Notes under the pieces: generated by a model | Databases searched by the model: none | The model's input: the letters and a program-made list of their open reading frames with translations, nothing else | Told to the model about the DNA's origin: nothing | Shown: positions 18,403 through 29,300 of the stretch, piece after piece | How the letters are laid out: each line of letters opens with the position of its first letter | Position numbering within the stretch: position 1 is the stretch's first letter | Source of the DNA: Oceanispirochaeta sp. | Lineage (GTDB): Bacteria > Spirochaetota > Spirochaetia > DSM-2461 | Direction: 5' to 3' | DNA length: 64,000 bases | Assembly: GCA_963663385.2 (NCBI GenBank) | Contig: CAXXXD010000004.1 | Coordinates: 864,001-928,000, forward strand | Made by a program: the position numbers and the translations under genes

Positions 18403-20595
18403 ATGAAATCATTCCTCACGAGGTTTGCATTATATCTCTCTTTGATGCTGTTCCCGGTCATATTTCTGTTTCCGCAATCCCGGGCGACCATTAATGAAAC
18501 GGGTGGTACAGCTGTTCGCAGCTACGGAGTGGATTATAACGATAAATACCGCTCTCCTCTGGGGATTGGCATTGAATATCAGAGCGTTTCTCCCATCTCC
18601 CTGAAATACGATGAAGAGTACCGCTTTACCGATTTGGCCCTCTCTTTTAAATATTCCTTTAAAAACAGACCCGTTCTGCAGCCCTTCGGTGCTGTGGGGA
18701 TCCAGTTGGTCTCTCCTTTGAAAGTCTCTACGGAAATAACAGATGCGGAAAAATTTTCTCATAACCTGTATTACGGCACCCTTGGACTGGCTTATGCCAC
18801 CAAGCTGAATAAACAGCTGGAAATGGGAGGGGATCTGTTTGCCGGTTTCGGCCAGGCTGTTTATGATGAAATAGACCAGGTAAACAATGAATCAAAAGGG
18901 GCTGCCGAAATTCTGGCGGGTGCGGGCGGCAATGTGGCGTTCAATCTCAGCTATAATCTCAGTCTGAGTTTTCATCCGACCATTCGCTACCGTTACTCCC
19001 TGTCTCCTATGGACCGTTACGACGGATTTGCCTTCGGGTTGGGATTCAGTGCCAGCTACCGTGTCGGAGAAGATCCGGATGCTCCTCAGGCCGAGCTGAG
19101 GAGCATCAAGTTCGGGGAATTCCATATGCCTCCCCTGTTTGCGTCCATGCAGAGCTACTATACGAAACACCCGGTTGCTGAGGTGGAAATTACCAATATC
19201 GAGAAGCATACCATTCAGGATGTGGACATCCGTTTTATGCAGGCCGGTTTTATGGATGCCCCCACAAAGGCGGATACCATTCCGGAGCTGGGGCCGGGCG
19301 AAACCGCTACAGTGAACATTTTTACGGCTTTTAATCAGGAAGTCTTTTCAACAGAGGGGATTACGCCCCTGGTCGGAGAGCTGATGGTGGACTACCTCTC
19401 CCGGGGGAATGCGGGACGCCAGGTTCTGACTGTCTCCTATGATCTGTACGATAAAGAGTCTCTTACCTGGGATGACGACCGGAAAATGGCCGCTTATATC
19501 ACCCCCTCCGATTCGGCCCTGCGGAACTATGCCAGTTTTGTCCGTCAGAGTTCCAAGGATGTGGAAAACCCCGGTCTCAACAGCGCCCTTCAGACAGGGC
19601 TTCAGATCTACTACGGACTGACCGAAATAGGCTGTATCTATCAGAAAGACCCCACCTCTCCCTTTGATGCGGCTCAGGAGAACCCTCTGGTTATTGATGC
19701 GGTAAGCCTCCCCCGGAGTACCCTGAAGAGGGGAACCGGAGACTGTGACGACCTGACCGCACTCTACTGCAGCCTGCTGGAATCAGTGGGAATCGAAACG
19801 GCGTTTATCACAACGCCGGGGCATATCTATGCAGCCTTCAATACGGGGGAACAGGCCCGAAATTACCAGATGATCCATCCCGACAAGAACCGGACCCTCA
19901 ATATTGACGGTGATGTCTGGGTCCCCGTGGAGATTACCATGATAGGTTCAACCGGGTTTTCCGATGCCTGGAAGGTCGGTGCGGAGGAGTTCATGAAATA
20001 CGAGGACTCTCCGGAGAAACGGGGATTGTACAGAACAAGGGAAGCCCAGGATATCTACAGGCCTGTCGGGTTGAAAGAGACCGATCTGGGGCTGCAGTAC
20101 GGTGAGAAAGCGGTTATCGCCAGGATCGTCTCAACCGAAACAACAACCCTTGTGAACAGTATTATCGATTCTTATGATCAGGAAGCGCGGCGAAAAGACA
20201 GTAAAAGCGCCTACAACCAGCTTGGAACAATCTGCGCCCAGTTCGGTCAGTATAACCGGGCGGAACAGGCTTTCAACTATGCCCTTGCCCTGGACCGGAA
20301 CTACCTGCCTTCCAAAATGAACCTGGCCAATGTCTTTTTTCTCAAAGGGCAGTATCAGAATGCCCTGCGGCTCTATCACAACGTGGAACAGGACTATCTG
20401 ACCCGGAACAGAACAACATCCACTGCCTATGCCCGGGTTCTGCTGAACCTGGCGCGCAGTTACTATGAACTGGAAAACTATGACAAGTCCGGTGAATACG
20501 CCGGGCGGCTGAGGGATCTGGATCCGGATCTGCTCAGGGACTATTCCTACCTGGAAGATGACGGCGGACCCTCGCTGTCGGGAGGAGCCTCATGA
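18403..20595 (+). CDS. Exported multidomain protein: predicted OM beta-barrel + Ig-like + transglutaminase-like catalytic domain + TPR
   Basis: Signal peptide; amphipathic strands ending FAFGLGFSASYRVG; GDCDDL...PGHI...WVPVE triad-like motifs; C-terminal TPR helices (AYNQLG...AEQAFNYALALD). Confidence 0.8.
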   Translation: MKSFLTRFALYLSLMLFPVIFLFPQSRATINETGGTAVRSYGVDYNDKYRSPLGIGIEYQSVSPISLKYDEEYRFTDLALSFKYSFKNRPVLQPFGAVGIQLVSPLKVSTEITDAEKFSHNLYYGTLGLAYATKLNKQLEMGGDLFAGFGQAVYDEIDQVNNESKGAAEILAGAGGNVAFNLSYNLSLSFHPTIRYRYSLSPMDRYDGFAFGLGFSASYRVGEDPDAPQAELRSIKFGEFHMPPLFASMQSYYTKHPVAEVEITNIEKHTIQDVDIRFMQAGFMDAPTKADTIPELGPGETATVNIFTAFNQEVFSTEGITPLVGELMVDYLSRGNAGRQVLTVSYDLYDKESLTWDDDRKMAAYITPSDSALRNYASFVRQSSKDVENPGLNSALQTGLQIYYGLTEIGCIYQKDPTSPFDAAQENPLVIDAVSLPRSTLKRGTGDCDDLTALYCSLLESVGIETAFITTPGHIYAAFNTGEQARNYQMIHPDKNRTLNIDGDVWVPVEITMIGSTGFSDAWKVGAEEFMKYEDSPEKRGLYRTREAQDIYRPVGLKETDLGLQYGEKAVIARIVSTETTTLVNSIIDSYDQEARRKDSKSAYNQLGTICAQFGQYNRAEQAFNYALALDRNYLPSKMNLANVFFLKGQYQNALRLYHNVEQDYLTRNRTTSTAYARVLLNLARSYYELENYDKSGEYAGRLRDLDPDLLRDYSYLEDDGGPSLSGGAS

Positions 20596-23500
20596 TTATA
20601 AAAAGTATTATTCTGAAAAATATAATTCTTCTGTTGTCAGCAGTGATACTGCTGACATTTATCTCCTGTCCGCAACCCTTGTCGGATGATGATGTTGTAG
20701 CAGCCCAGGATGACCTGGCGCCGTCCATTGTTATCTTCACCCCTTCGGACAGTGACATCTATTACTCCTCTGTCGATTTTACCCTGAGTGTTACGGATGA
20801 TGCGGAATCGGCGGAAGATAATAAGGGGGATCTGGCATCTATCTCCTTTGATATTTCCAATGACGACCTGAGGGGGGGGAAGGTCCTGATTGATCCGGAG
20901 GGTGTACAGACTCAGGATGCCAGTTTCGGACCGGATCAGATTGTGTATGATGCGGCAAGCGGAACAGCTTCGTTCTCCTTTTCCACCATTGAACCCAATA
21001 TCATGTCCGGGCTGATGTCCATTACCATTAAGGCGGAAGACCGGAACGGTAATATTACGACCGAAACCATTACTCTGGCAGACAGCGAGGGGCCCTGGCT
21101 GGAGTATACCATTACCGATCTGGCCACCAATGAGGAGAGGAGTTATACCGAAGATACAACTATCCGTTTGGAGGGAACTCTGGGGAATTCCGAGGAGGAT
21201 CAGGAGACGGCGGACCAGATAACCCATATCAGCTGGTCTGTATTGGGCAAGGCCTGGAGCGGGACCCTGGAAATTGATCAGGATGCTACCTATAAGGACC
21301 CCGGTACGGGGGAAACCCTGAACTACTACAATGAACCCCTGGCCCGGTACGAGCGGCTGAACGAGGGGGTTGTCTACCCTGAGCTGTTTATCTACGATCC
21401 GGAAACCCGGACTTTTTCCACGGAGATTGCCATCCCCTTCGGGGCGGGGACCGTACTGCCTTTTGAAGTGACTGTTACCGATCTGAATGAGCACGAAAGC
21501 ACCCTGACCATCAATGCTTTTTCCAATGAGTCGGGTCCGGAGATTGTGATTAACTATCCGACGAATGATTCTGTTGCGTATTACAGTGGTCAAGACCATG
21601 GTTCGGGGACATATTATGCTAATGCTATAACGGGGTTTATCAATGGCGGTACGGCTGATCTTGCCAGTCTGAAATACTCCATTACCAATTCGGTGGGAGA
21701 TAAAACCTATACAAGCGGCAACATTATGGATACGGCTTTCAGCGGCTCCAATGATTTCTCTGTTGATATCAGCGCCGGCCTGGCTGCTACGGTTGATTCC
21801 GGTAATGCATCTAATCCGATTGCCCCGGGGGATGGCACTATTACAGTTACTCTTATTGCCATTAATGATGATAATAACGAATCCCGGCCCAAGGTTACTC
21901 TGTCTGAGGACAGCACGGGGCCGAGTGTATCGATCAGTTCCTTTGTTTGTAATGTAGGCAGCACTGGATATGCTAAAAACGGTGATTCGGTTACTTTGAG
22001 CTGTACTGCCAGCGATGCTATATCAGGGTCTACAGTCAATGCTTCTGCTGCTGTTATTAATGGCTCAGCTGCCACGCTCAGTGGGTTGACGGCGACTTCT
22101 TCTCCCTTGACCGGTGTAAGTGACGGGAATTTGGCTTACTCCATGACGGTTGTGGATCATCTGAACAATGCGACAACCGTAACCCAGGCGAGTGGCGGCT
22201 CACATCAGGTGATGCATTATGCCGGCGATCCGGATGCTACCCATCTGGAAGGAAGCGGTTTGACATCAACCGATGCGGATGCGACCTACAGCGGGTATGC
22301 CGTTGCCGGTGAGAATATCTATGTGGATATGGATTTTGACCGTGTAATAACGGGAATAAGCAATATCTCAACCGGTAGTTTTACCCCGTCTGTTACCATG
22401 AATTACGGGGGAGACAGCTCCAAAGCCAGAATAACCCTAGTGCGTTCTGATGCGGTTCAGGGGATTCCGGCCAATTTCTCTTTTGATGTAACCGATGCGG
22501 CTGGTAATGTGACGTCTGTGGGAGAGGGGAACTCCATTGATCAGGGGGATGTGACCGGAGGACTGGTTATCTACGATGCCGTAGCGCCGGCTACGCCGGC
22601 CGGTCTGGACCTGGATGCGGCGGACGACAGCTCTCTGGCCGGTTACATTGGAAGTGATTCGGATAATTATACAAGTAGCAGCAGCGGCCTGACCATTTCC
22701 GGTTCGGGGGAAACAGGCAGTGTTTTAACCCTGACCAGCTCAATAGACGGGTCCGTATTCACAAATACGGTTGCCGGAGGAGCCTGGACAACGGCAGATA
22801 CCCTTTCTCTCTCTGAAGGAACGCACTCTCTGACAGCCCGGGCTGTTGACCCGGCGGGGAATGTTTCCGGAACGTCGACCGCTTTGAGTTTGACAATCGA
22901 TACGACACCGCCGGCTGCTCCGGGAAGTATTCATTTGAATCCTGCTTCCGATACGGCCGGAGGGGCAGGTACGACTTCCGACAGGATTACCAGTCTCGAT
23001 ACAGTCACCTTTGATGATGGCGGGGGTGATGGCGCAATGACATCGCCCGATTCAGGATTGCGCTACATCCTGTATAAAGAAAGTGTCAGACAAACTGGTT
23101 CCATTCAAATTGATACGGTTGACGGTGACTGGAGCAAGAGCGCTACTCTTACCAATAATGAAGACTATGTGGCCTATAACTACCAGCTGAAAGCGGTAGA
23201 CCTCGCCGGGAATGAATCCCTGACTTCAGCGGATATAACAATTTATCATGATGATGTGGCTCCGGGTGCCCCCGGTCTGGCTCTGGATAGTACTGATGAT
23301 ACGGGCATATCCGATTCGGACGGAATTACCAATCAGCTTTCCGGTCTTACCATCAGAGGAAGTCTGACAGATAATGATACCCAGGAAAGGGTTTATATTA
23401 CGGCAGCAAATCGGGATACAACGCTATCTATTGCAGGTTGGAATGGAAGTTTTGATGATGAGTCAGGAGCTGCCTGGTCCTTTAGCGGATCATTGAACTC

Positions 23501-26354
23501 CGTGGATCACCAGAATATCAATGATATAAGCGTCGTTTCATACGACCGAGCGGGAAACAGCAGTTCTCCTGCAACAATGGAGCTGGTATTGGATACTATG
23601 CATCCTACTGCTGTCTCCAGCATTGGATCACTAACCCTTATTCATGATGATACCAATGATACTGGATTATCAAACTCAGATAATATTACGAAAAATACAA
23701 GTCCGAACTTTTATGTGAGTGTAACCCATGGAGGAGAGTTAATACCCGGTACATCCGATACACTCTGGGTTGAATTAACCACAGATCAGAATTCTGTTGC
23801 TCCATCAGTATTGTCTCAAACTACATTTTTAGCCAGTGGAACCCTTACAATTGGGGGGACACTGGATGAGCATAATTCTCATAATCTGACTGCTACTCTT
23901 TATGATGCAGCAGGTAACGATCTGATTACTGGTCCGGCAACATTTGGAACGGTGAAGATTGATAATACAGCTCCCTCTGTGAAATTGGATACGTTTACTC
24001 TGCAATCAGCATCAGATACTGGTCAATCTCCATCAGACAGAATTACAAATGATACGACTCCGACTTATAACTATGGTCTAAGTAGTTATTCAGAAGCTTC
24101 GTATATTGTATTGACAAGAGATGGCGGTACTTATGTTAATAAAGAAGAAGCGGATAGTTCCTCGGGAGGATCTATTACAACCTCTGCATTGAGTGGAACC
24201 CCCTCAACTCAATATGATTTGACTGCGACAATTTATGATATTGCCGGAAACAAAGCAACAGGTCCGAATGATTTGACGCATAATATTACTATTGATACTG
24301 TCTTGCCCACAGAGTCTATTTCACTGGATTTGCCGGACGGTTCAGATAGCGGGAACTCTCAAACAGATAACACTACGAATGTGACAGCTCCTGGTTTAAA
24401 TATTGTTCTAAGCGGTACTACACAATCTGATTATTATGTCGAATTCTCTTCAAACGGATCCGGGGATTCTATTAACGATCTGGATATTGCAAACGGTTCA
24501 TCTGGAATTGTTACGCATAGTGCCACTCTCTCTTCAGGAACTCAGGGATTACGGACAATTACCGCAACTCTAAAAGATATCGCCGGTAATCCCCACGCGA
24601 CAGAGCCAACTCTTGGCATTACTTTAGATACTCTAGCACCAGCCATGTCTTTGACTCCATTTATTCTTGATCCGGGTTCTGAAAGTGGATCAGATTTAAA
24701 TGATGGCATAATAAATGATGATACTCCATCATTCCAATATACTATTGGTGGTACTGTGGATCCCGGTGGAAATTATATTCGTTTAGTCTCCAATGTTGAA
24801 ATCCAATCAGGTGGATATGAGATGATTGAGGAGACATTTGCTGCTGCAGGTGGTCCCAATTCAATTACCTCTGCCGCTCTGGACGAGGGGGGGCAAACTG
24901 TCACAGCTACAATTTATGACATAGCAGGTAATGCTGGATCAGGTACGAACAATCAACCAGTTGTTCTATCAATCGATACAGAAATGAATGAAGAATGTTC
25001 CTCGATTACCCTGAATTCGGATACCGGCGTATCCGGTTCGGATGGAATAACTAATGATAAAACACTTGTTGTAACGCTTGATGGAGCCGCAACCGAAGCC
25101 TATACGGTCAGTTACTCCTCAACCGGAACCGGAACCTTCCCCGATCTGGCCATTGCAAACTCCACTTCAGGTCCCTATTCCTATACTACGGCAACCATGG
25201 ATGACGGAGCCCATACCATATCCGCTGTCATGAAGGATGTCGCCGGTAATACCTCTTCTCCGTCAGATCTGGTTATGACCCTGGATACGGTCAGTCCCAA
25301 GCTGATTGGCACGGATCCTATTGACTGGGTAGATGCCGGCAAGGATTATCTGACCATGACGTTTACGGATGATCTGGATGCCGGAGTTGTCAGTGGAACA
25401 ATCAGTGATCCTGATCCTTCAATGGCTCCTGATGATATGGGTGAATTGTCATTTTCTGATCCATCCTCGTTCATCAATTTGACCAATTACAAAGCTGAAT
25501 TCAGTACGAATTACACAGTTATTAAAATCACTGCTTATAACACGGGAGGTTCTCAAGTGAATTTTTCCGGTACTGAAGACAACATCATTCTAAATTTCAC
25601 AAGTGACTTTACTGATATTGCCGGAAATTCCCTGAAAAAAGCCGACGGAACAACCGATTTAACAAGTCTTGATTTTAGTATTGCAAGCGGAACTGTTACA
25701 ATAAATACGGGGGGGATTGTAGGTGGTTTACTCAAGCCGGAAATTACTTTATCAGAGTTGGAAAAATCTACCACTCCATCGATCTCTCTTGCCTCTGGCT
25801 ATAACAGAAAGGAGACCCCGACTGCTGTTCTACCAGATAAACCATCTGTCACCCCAGAAAAAACAGAATCAGAACAGCAAACAGACTCCGTTATCCCCCT
25901 GACTACCCGCCGTCATAACGATGTTGTCAAATCCACCCTGCCCGCAGCTGCCGCACCACCCCCGCAGACCGTCTTCCTCCCCTCCGTGGAGGAGTACAAC
26001 CGCATCAACCGGGAAGCCCTGCAGTTTATGGAAAAGGTGGAAGAGACCAAGCAGACCCACGAAGAGCTTATTGAACAGATCCGCCTGCCCGGACTTTCCC
26101 GGGAAAGCCTGAAACGGATGGACAGTCTGCTTGATCCGGTTATCCCCGAAGTGGAAGTTCTGACCATCTATTCCAGTCCCGTTCCGCTGGCTGTGGAGAC
26201 ACCTGTGGAACTGGCTGTGGAAGAGCTTGTTCTGATCAGTGAAGAAGCGCATCCGGTGAGCTACCTGCTGATTCATATTTTCGTAGCCGCTCTGATAGCC
26301 CTGATAACAGGACTCTTTCTGCTGGCTATGAAACGCCTTCAAAGGAAGGAATAA
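20592..26354 (+). CDS. Giant (1920 aa) Ig-like repeat surface lipoprotein/adhesin with C-terminal TM anchor
   Basis: Lipobox FIS-C; about 10 D-x-A-G-N and about 8 'D(T/S)G..SD.IT'-type repeat motifs typical of bacterial Ig-like (SiiE/BapA-type) domains; C-terminal hydrophobic helix + KRLQRKE; ATGA overlap with the upstream gene. Confidence 0.85.
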   Translation: MIIKSIILKNIILLLSAVILLTFISCPQPLSDDDVVAAQDDLAPSIVIFTPSDSDIYYSSVDFTLSVTDDAESAEDNKGDLASISFDISNDDLRGGKVLIDPEGVQTQDASFGPDQIVYDAASGTASFSFSTIEPNIMSGLMSITIKAEDRNGNITTETITLADSEGPWLEYTITDLATNEERSYTEDTTIRLEGTLGNSEEDQETADQITHISWSVLGKAWSGTLEIDQDATYKDPGTGETLNYYNEPLARYERLNEGVVYPELFIYDPETRTFSTEIAIPFGAGTVLPFEVTVTDLNEHESTLTINAFSNESGPEIVINYPTNDSVAYYSGQDHGSGTYYANAITGFINGGTADLASLKYSITNSVGDKTYTSGNIMDTAFSGSNDFSVDISAGLAATVDSGNASNPIAPGDGTITVTLIAINDDNNESRPKVTLSEDSTGPSVSISSFVCNVGSTGYAKNGDSVTLSCTASDAISGSTVNASAAVINGSAATLSGLTATSSPLTGVSDGNLAYSMTVVDHLNNATTVTQASGGSHQVMHYAGDPDATHLEGSGLTSTDADATYSGYAVAGENIYVDMDFDRVITGISNISTGSFTPSVTMNYGGDSSKARITLVRSDAVQGIPANFSFDVTDAAGNVTSVGEGNSIDQGDVTGGLVIYDAVAPATPAGLDLDAADDSSLAGYIGSDSDNYTSSSSGLTISGSGETGSVLTLTSSIDGSVFTNTVAGGAWTTADTLSLSEGTHSLTARAVDPAGNVSGTSTALSLTIDTTPPAAPGSIHLNPASDTAGGAGTTSDRITSLDTVTFDDGGGDGAMTSPDSGLRYILYKESVRQTGSIQIDTVDGDWSKSATLTNNEDYVAYNYQLKAVDLAGNESLTSADITIYHDDVAPGAPGLALDSTDDTGISDSDGITNQLSGLTIRGSLTDNDTQERVYITAANRDTTLSIAGWNGSFDDESGAAWSFSGSLNSVDHQNINDISVVSYDRAGNSSSPATMELVLDTMHPTAVSSIGSLTLIHDDTNDTGLSNSDNITKNTSPNFYVSVTHGGELIPGTSDTLWVELTTDQNSVAPSVLSQTTFLASGTLTIGGTLDEHNSHNLTATLYDAAGNDLITGPATFGTVKIDNTAPSVKLDTFTLQSASDTGQSPSDRITNDTTPTYNYGLSSYSEASYIVLTRDGGTYVNKEEADSSSGGSITTSALSGTPSTQYDLTATIYDIAGNKATGPNDLTHNITIDTVLPTESISLDLPDGSDSGNSQTDNTTNVTAPGLNIVLSGTTQSDYYVEFSSNGSGDSINDLDIANGSSGIVTHSATLSSGTQGLRTITATLKDIAGNPHATEPTLGITLDTLAPAMSLTPFILDPGSESGSDLNDGIINDDTPSFQYTIGGTVDPGGNYIRLVSNVEIQSGGYEMIEETFAAAGGPNSITSAALDEGGQTVTATIYDIAGNAGSGTNNQPVVLSIDTEMNEECSSITLNSDTGVSGSDGITNDKTLVVTLDGAATEAYTVSYSSTGTGTFPDLAIANSTSGPYSYTTATMDDGAHTISAVMKDVAGNTSSPSDLVMTLDTVSPKLIGTDPIDWVDAGKDYLTMTFTDDLDAGVVSGTISDPDPSMAPDDMGELSFSDPSSFINLTNYKAEFSTNYTVIKITAYNTGGSQVNFSGTEDNIILNFTSDFTDIAGNSLKKADGTTDLTSLDFSIASGTVTINTGGIVGGLLKPEITLSELEKSTTPSISLASGYNRKETPTAVLPDKPSVTPEKTESEQQTDSVIPLTTRRHNDVVKSTLPAAAAPPPQTVFLPSVEEYNRINREALQFMEKVEETKQTHEELIEQIRLPGLSRESLKRMDSLLDPVIPEVEVLTIYSSPVPLAVETPVELAVEELVLISEEAHPVSYLLIHIFVAALIALITGLFLLAMKRLQRKE

Positions 26355-26355
26355 A

Positions 26356-29300
26356 ATGGCTTCCTGGATTAAATACCTGGCCCTCCTGGTGCTGTTAACC
26401 CTCGTCGGGTGCGGCCCGGGAGAGGATCAATCCCTATCTCCCGAAGATAAAACGGTAGACATGGCAGATGAATCCGTAACCGAAAAGGAATTCGTCCCTC
26501 CTGCCGATCTGCAGGAGCCTGCGGATAAAACGGATAAACCGGAACAGGTGGATACTCCCCGGGAGATCCCGGAATCGGAGCAGCCTGAACTTGCAGACGC
26601 GGATGAACCTGCCGGTCCGATGAAGTCTGCGGAAAAACCTGTTCTCCCTGAATTGGCGGATATTCAGGAGAATCTTCCCGGAGAGGCTCAGTCAGAACCT
26701 GTTCAAACGGAAATACTGATTCCCTATCATAGAACCGCCTACCATGCGGTGCCGCATGATTTTAAACTTCCCGCGGAACTTAAGGATGCCACGGCAATAC
26801 TTCCTGTTCCCCTGAAACCCCTCTCTTATCCTCTGGGAGGGCGGGAAGAGATGATTATACCTGTTGTCAGCGAAGAATTGGCTCTCGTTCCCGACCGGAA
26901 GGAGGACTTGGTCCCTCAGCCTGAACAGAAAATAGACCCTCCCGCTCCCGAGCCGGAAAGGGACGTCTATATTGAACCGATACCTGTTGATGAGGGCAAG
27001 GCAGTGCCTGTTCCGGATGAAAAACCGGAACCGGCTGCCCCGGTCGAACCCGAGCCGGATACGGGTATAGCCGTTGTTGAGTCTGAAGGAATTACAGAAC
27101 CGGAAGTCGTGGCTGAGACTGTACCGGAACATGAGGTGGTGATAGAACCGGGTGTTATTGTCATTCTTGAACCTGAACCTGAACCTGAACCTGAAGTAGA
27201 AGTAGAAGTAGAAGTAGAAGCAGAACCAGTAGTTGAAGCAGAACCAGTAGTTGAAGCAGAACCAGTAGTTGTCCCGCCCGCCGTCTCTCCGGAACCGGTA
27301 ATCGCAATTGAACCGGAAGAAGCGGAAGAGCCGGAAGTCGTTCTGGACACAGAACCGGAAATGGCAGCCGAACCGGAGGAACAGCCTGCCCCTGTGCCGG
27401 AAATTATCTATCCCGGCCCCTGGCTGACCATCGATTCACCCCGGGATAACTCCTACTACCGTTCCAGCTTCCTGTTGAAAGGATTCAGCAGTCCCTCACC
27501 CGAAGCTCCCGAGGAGACCCGGGATATCAAGTCCATGACCTGGCGGATGGATGCTCTGGGGGATTATGATAACACCGTATTCCTTGAAGAGGACGGCTCC
27601 TTTGAACTGGATGTTTTTACCGCCGGCCTGGAAGGTCCCCATCAGCTGGTCCTTGTGACCGAGGATTTCGGCGGGCGGGAAACCAGGCAGGTATTTACCC
27701 TGAACGACGGGAATCAGCCGCCTCAGATTGTTCTGGAGTATCCGGGCGCTGACGGACTTTACGGCAGTATGCTCTCCGTAATGGGAAATATAAAGGATAT
27801 GTACCGGGGGATCCCCGAACTGGAAGGGATACAGCGCCTGTCCTACAGCCTGATCCCCCGTGACAGGGATACAGACGATACGGTTTTAAGCGGTGACGTT
27901 CCGGTGGAAGCGGACAACTCCTTTCTTTTTGCCCTGGATATGGAAGAGCGGTCGGGTAGGCAGTCCCTCCGGCTGGACGCGGAAGGAGTCAACGGTTCCG
28001 TGGGGACCCTGGAAATCTCTCTGGTTCCGGGAGGCAGCGAGATCCCGTCTTTTACCGTAAAGCCGCAGGACGGCCGTCTGATCTTAAGCTGGGAACCTGT
28101 TCCCGGTGCGGAAGAACAGACTATCTATCTGACCGATGACGGATCCCTTCCTTCAGATAATGCCCCGGGGAATCAGTTTTCCGGAGTTAAGTCCCCCCTC
28201 GTGCTGGGAGGTGTTTATAACGGACGCCACTACCGGGCCAGACTGAAGGTCGAAACAGATGGACGGGAGCACTGGTCCCATGTGGCCGAAGCGGTCCCTC
28301 TGGCTCCGGGCACGCTGGAGCTGAAGGCGGAAGGCCGGTTTGAGCAGATCCTTCTTACCTGGAAGGCCGTGCCGGGGGCCTCCTCTTTCCGGATTTTCAG
28401 AAGGGAGGAAAATGAAGAGGATTACACCCTTCTGGAAGATCCTGTGGAGGGTACTTCCTATGTGGATGCAGCGGTTGAATTCGGCTGTAACTACTACTAT
28501 AGAATAGAACCCTCCGGGATTGCCGGGCCTCTCAGCTATGAAGTTCCTGCGGCCATGCTGGAAGCGCCCTCCGAAAAGATAACCATGTCCTCCCACTACA
28601 GGGATATAAACGCTGTCAAACTGACCGTATCAGGCGAGTATGCCTATGTTGCCGCCGGTGATACGGGGTTTTACATTATGGATGTCTCCACCCCTCAGAA
28701 ACCGGAAACCATCGGGCACATGAGTATACCCGGGGTGGAGGATGTTTTTGTTGATGGCGAGTATGCCTACCTGGCCGCCGGGTCTCATGGTTTTTCCCTG
28801 ATAAATATTGCCGAACCGACCCGGCCTTTTACTGTCCTGTCCAGGGCAACAGATAATGCGCAGGGAATAGCCGCCCGGGAAAATATTGTATTTATTGCCG
28901 ATGGCGAGCGGGGGCTGCAGATTTTTGATATCACAAACCGGCAGGATCCCCGGCGGCTGGGAACCTTCCGGGATGCCCCTGCCTATCAGCTGGCCCTGAA
29001 GGATGAGAAGCTTTATGTAGCCACAGGAAACAAGGGACTGATTGTCCTGGATATCAGTAACCTGTCCGCGCCCCGTCTGCTTCAGGAGTATGCGGATACG
29101 GCTGTCTTTGATGTTATGTTCCGGGCCGGCCGGCTCTATCTGGCCTGCGGAGAGGAGGGGATGATCATTCTGGATGAGAATCCGGAGGGCGATCTGTTTG
29201 AGCTGAGTCGTTTCCGCAGCCATAATGCCCGTATGGTCAGGCTCTGGGAAGACTATGCCATGATTGCCGATGGTACCGGGGGGATGAAAGCCGTTGATAT

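Noticed and set aside
27169..27270. Tandem repeats as a possible CRISPR array or phase-variation switch
   Set aside because: No spacers or cas genes; all units are multiples of 3 inside a CDS.
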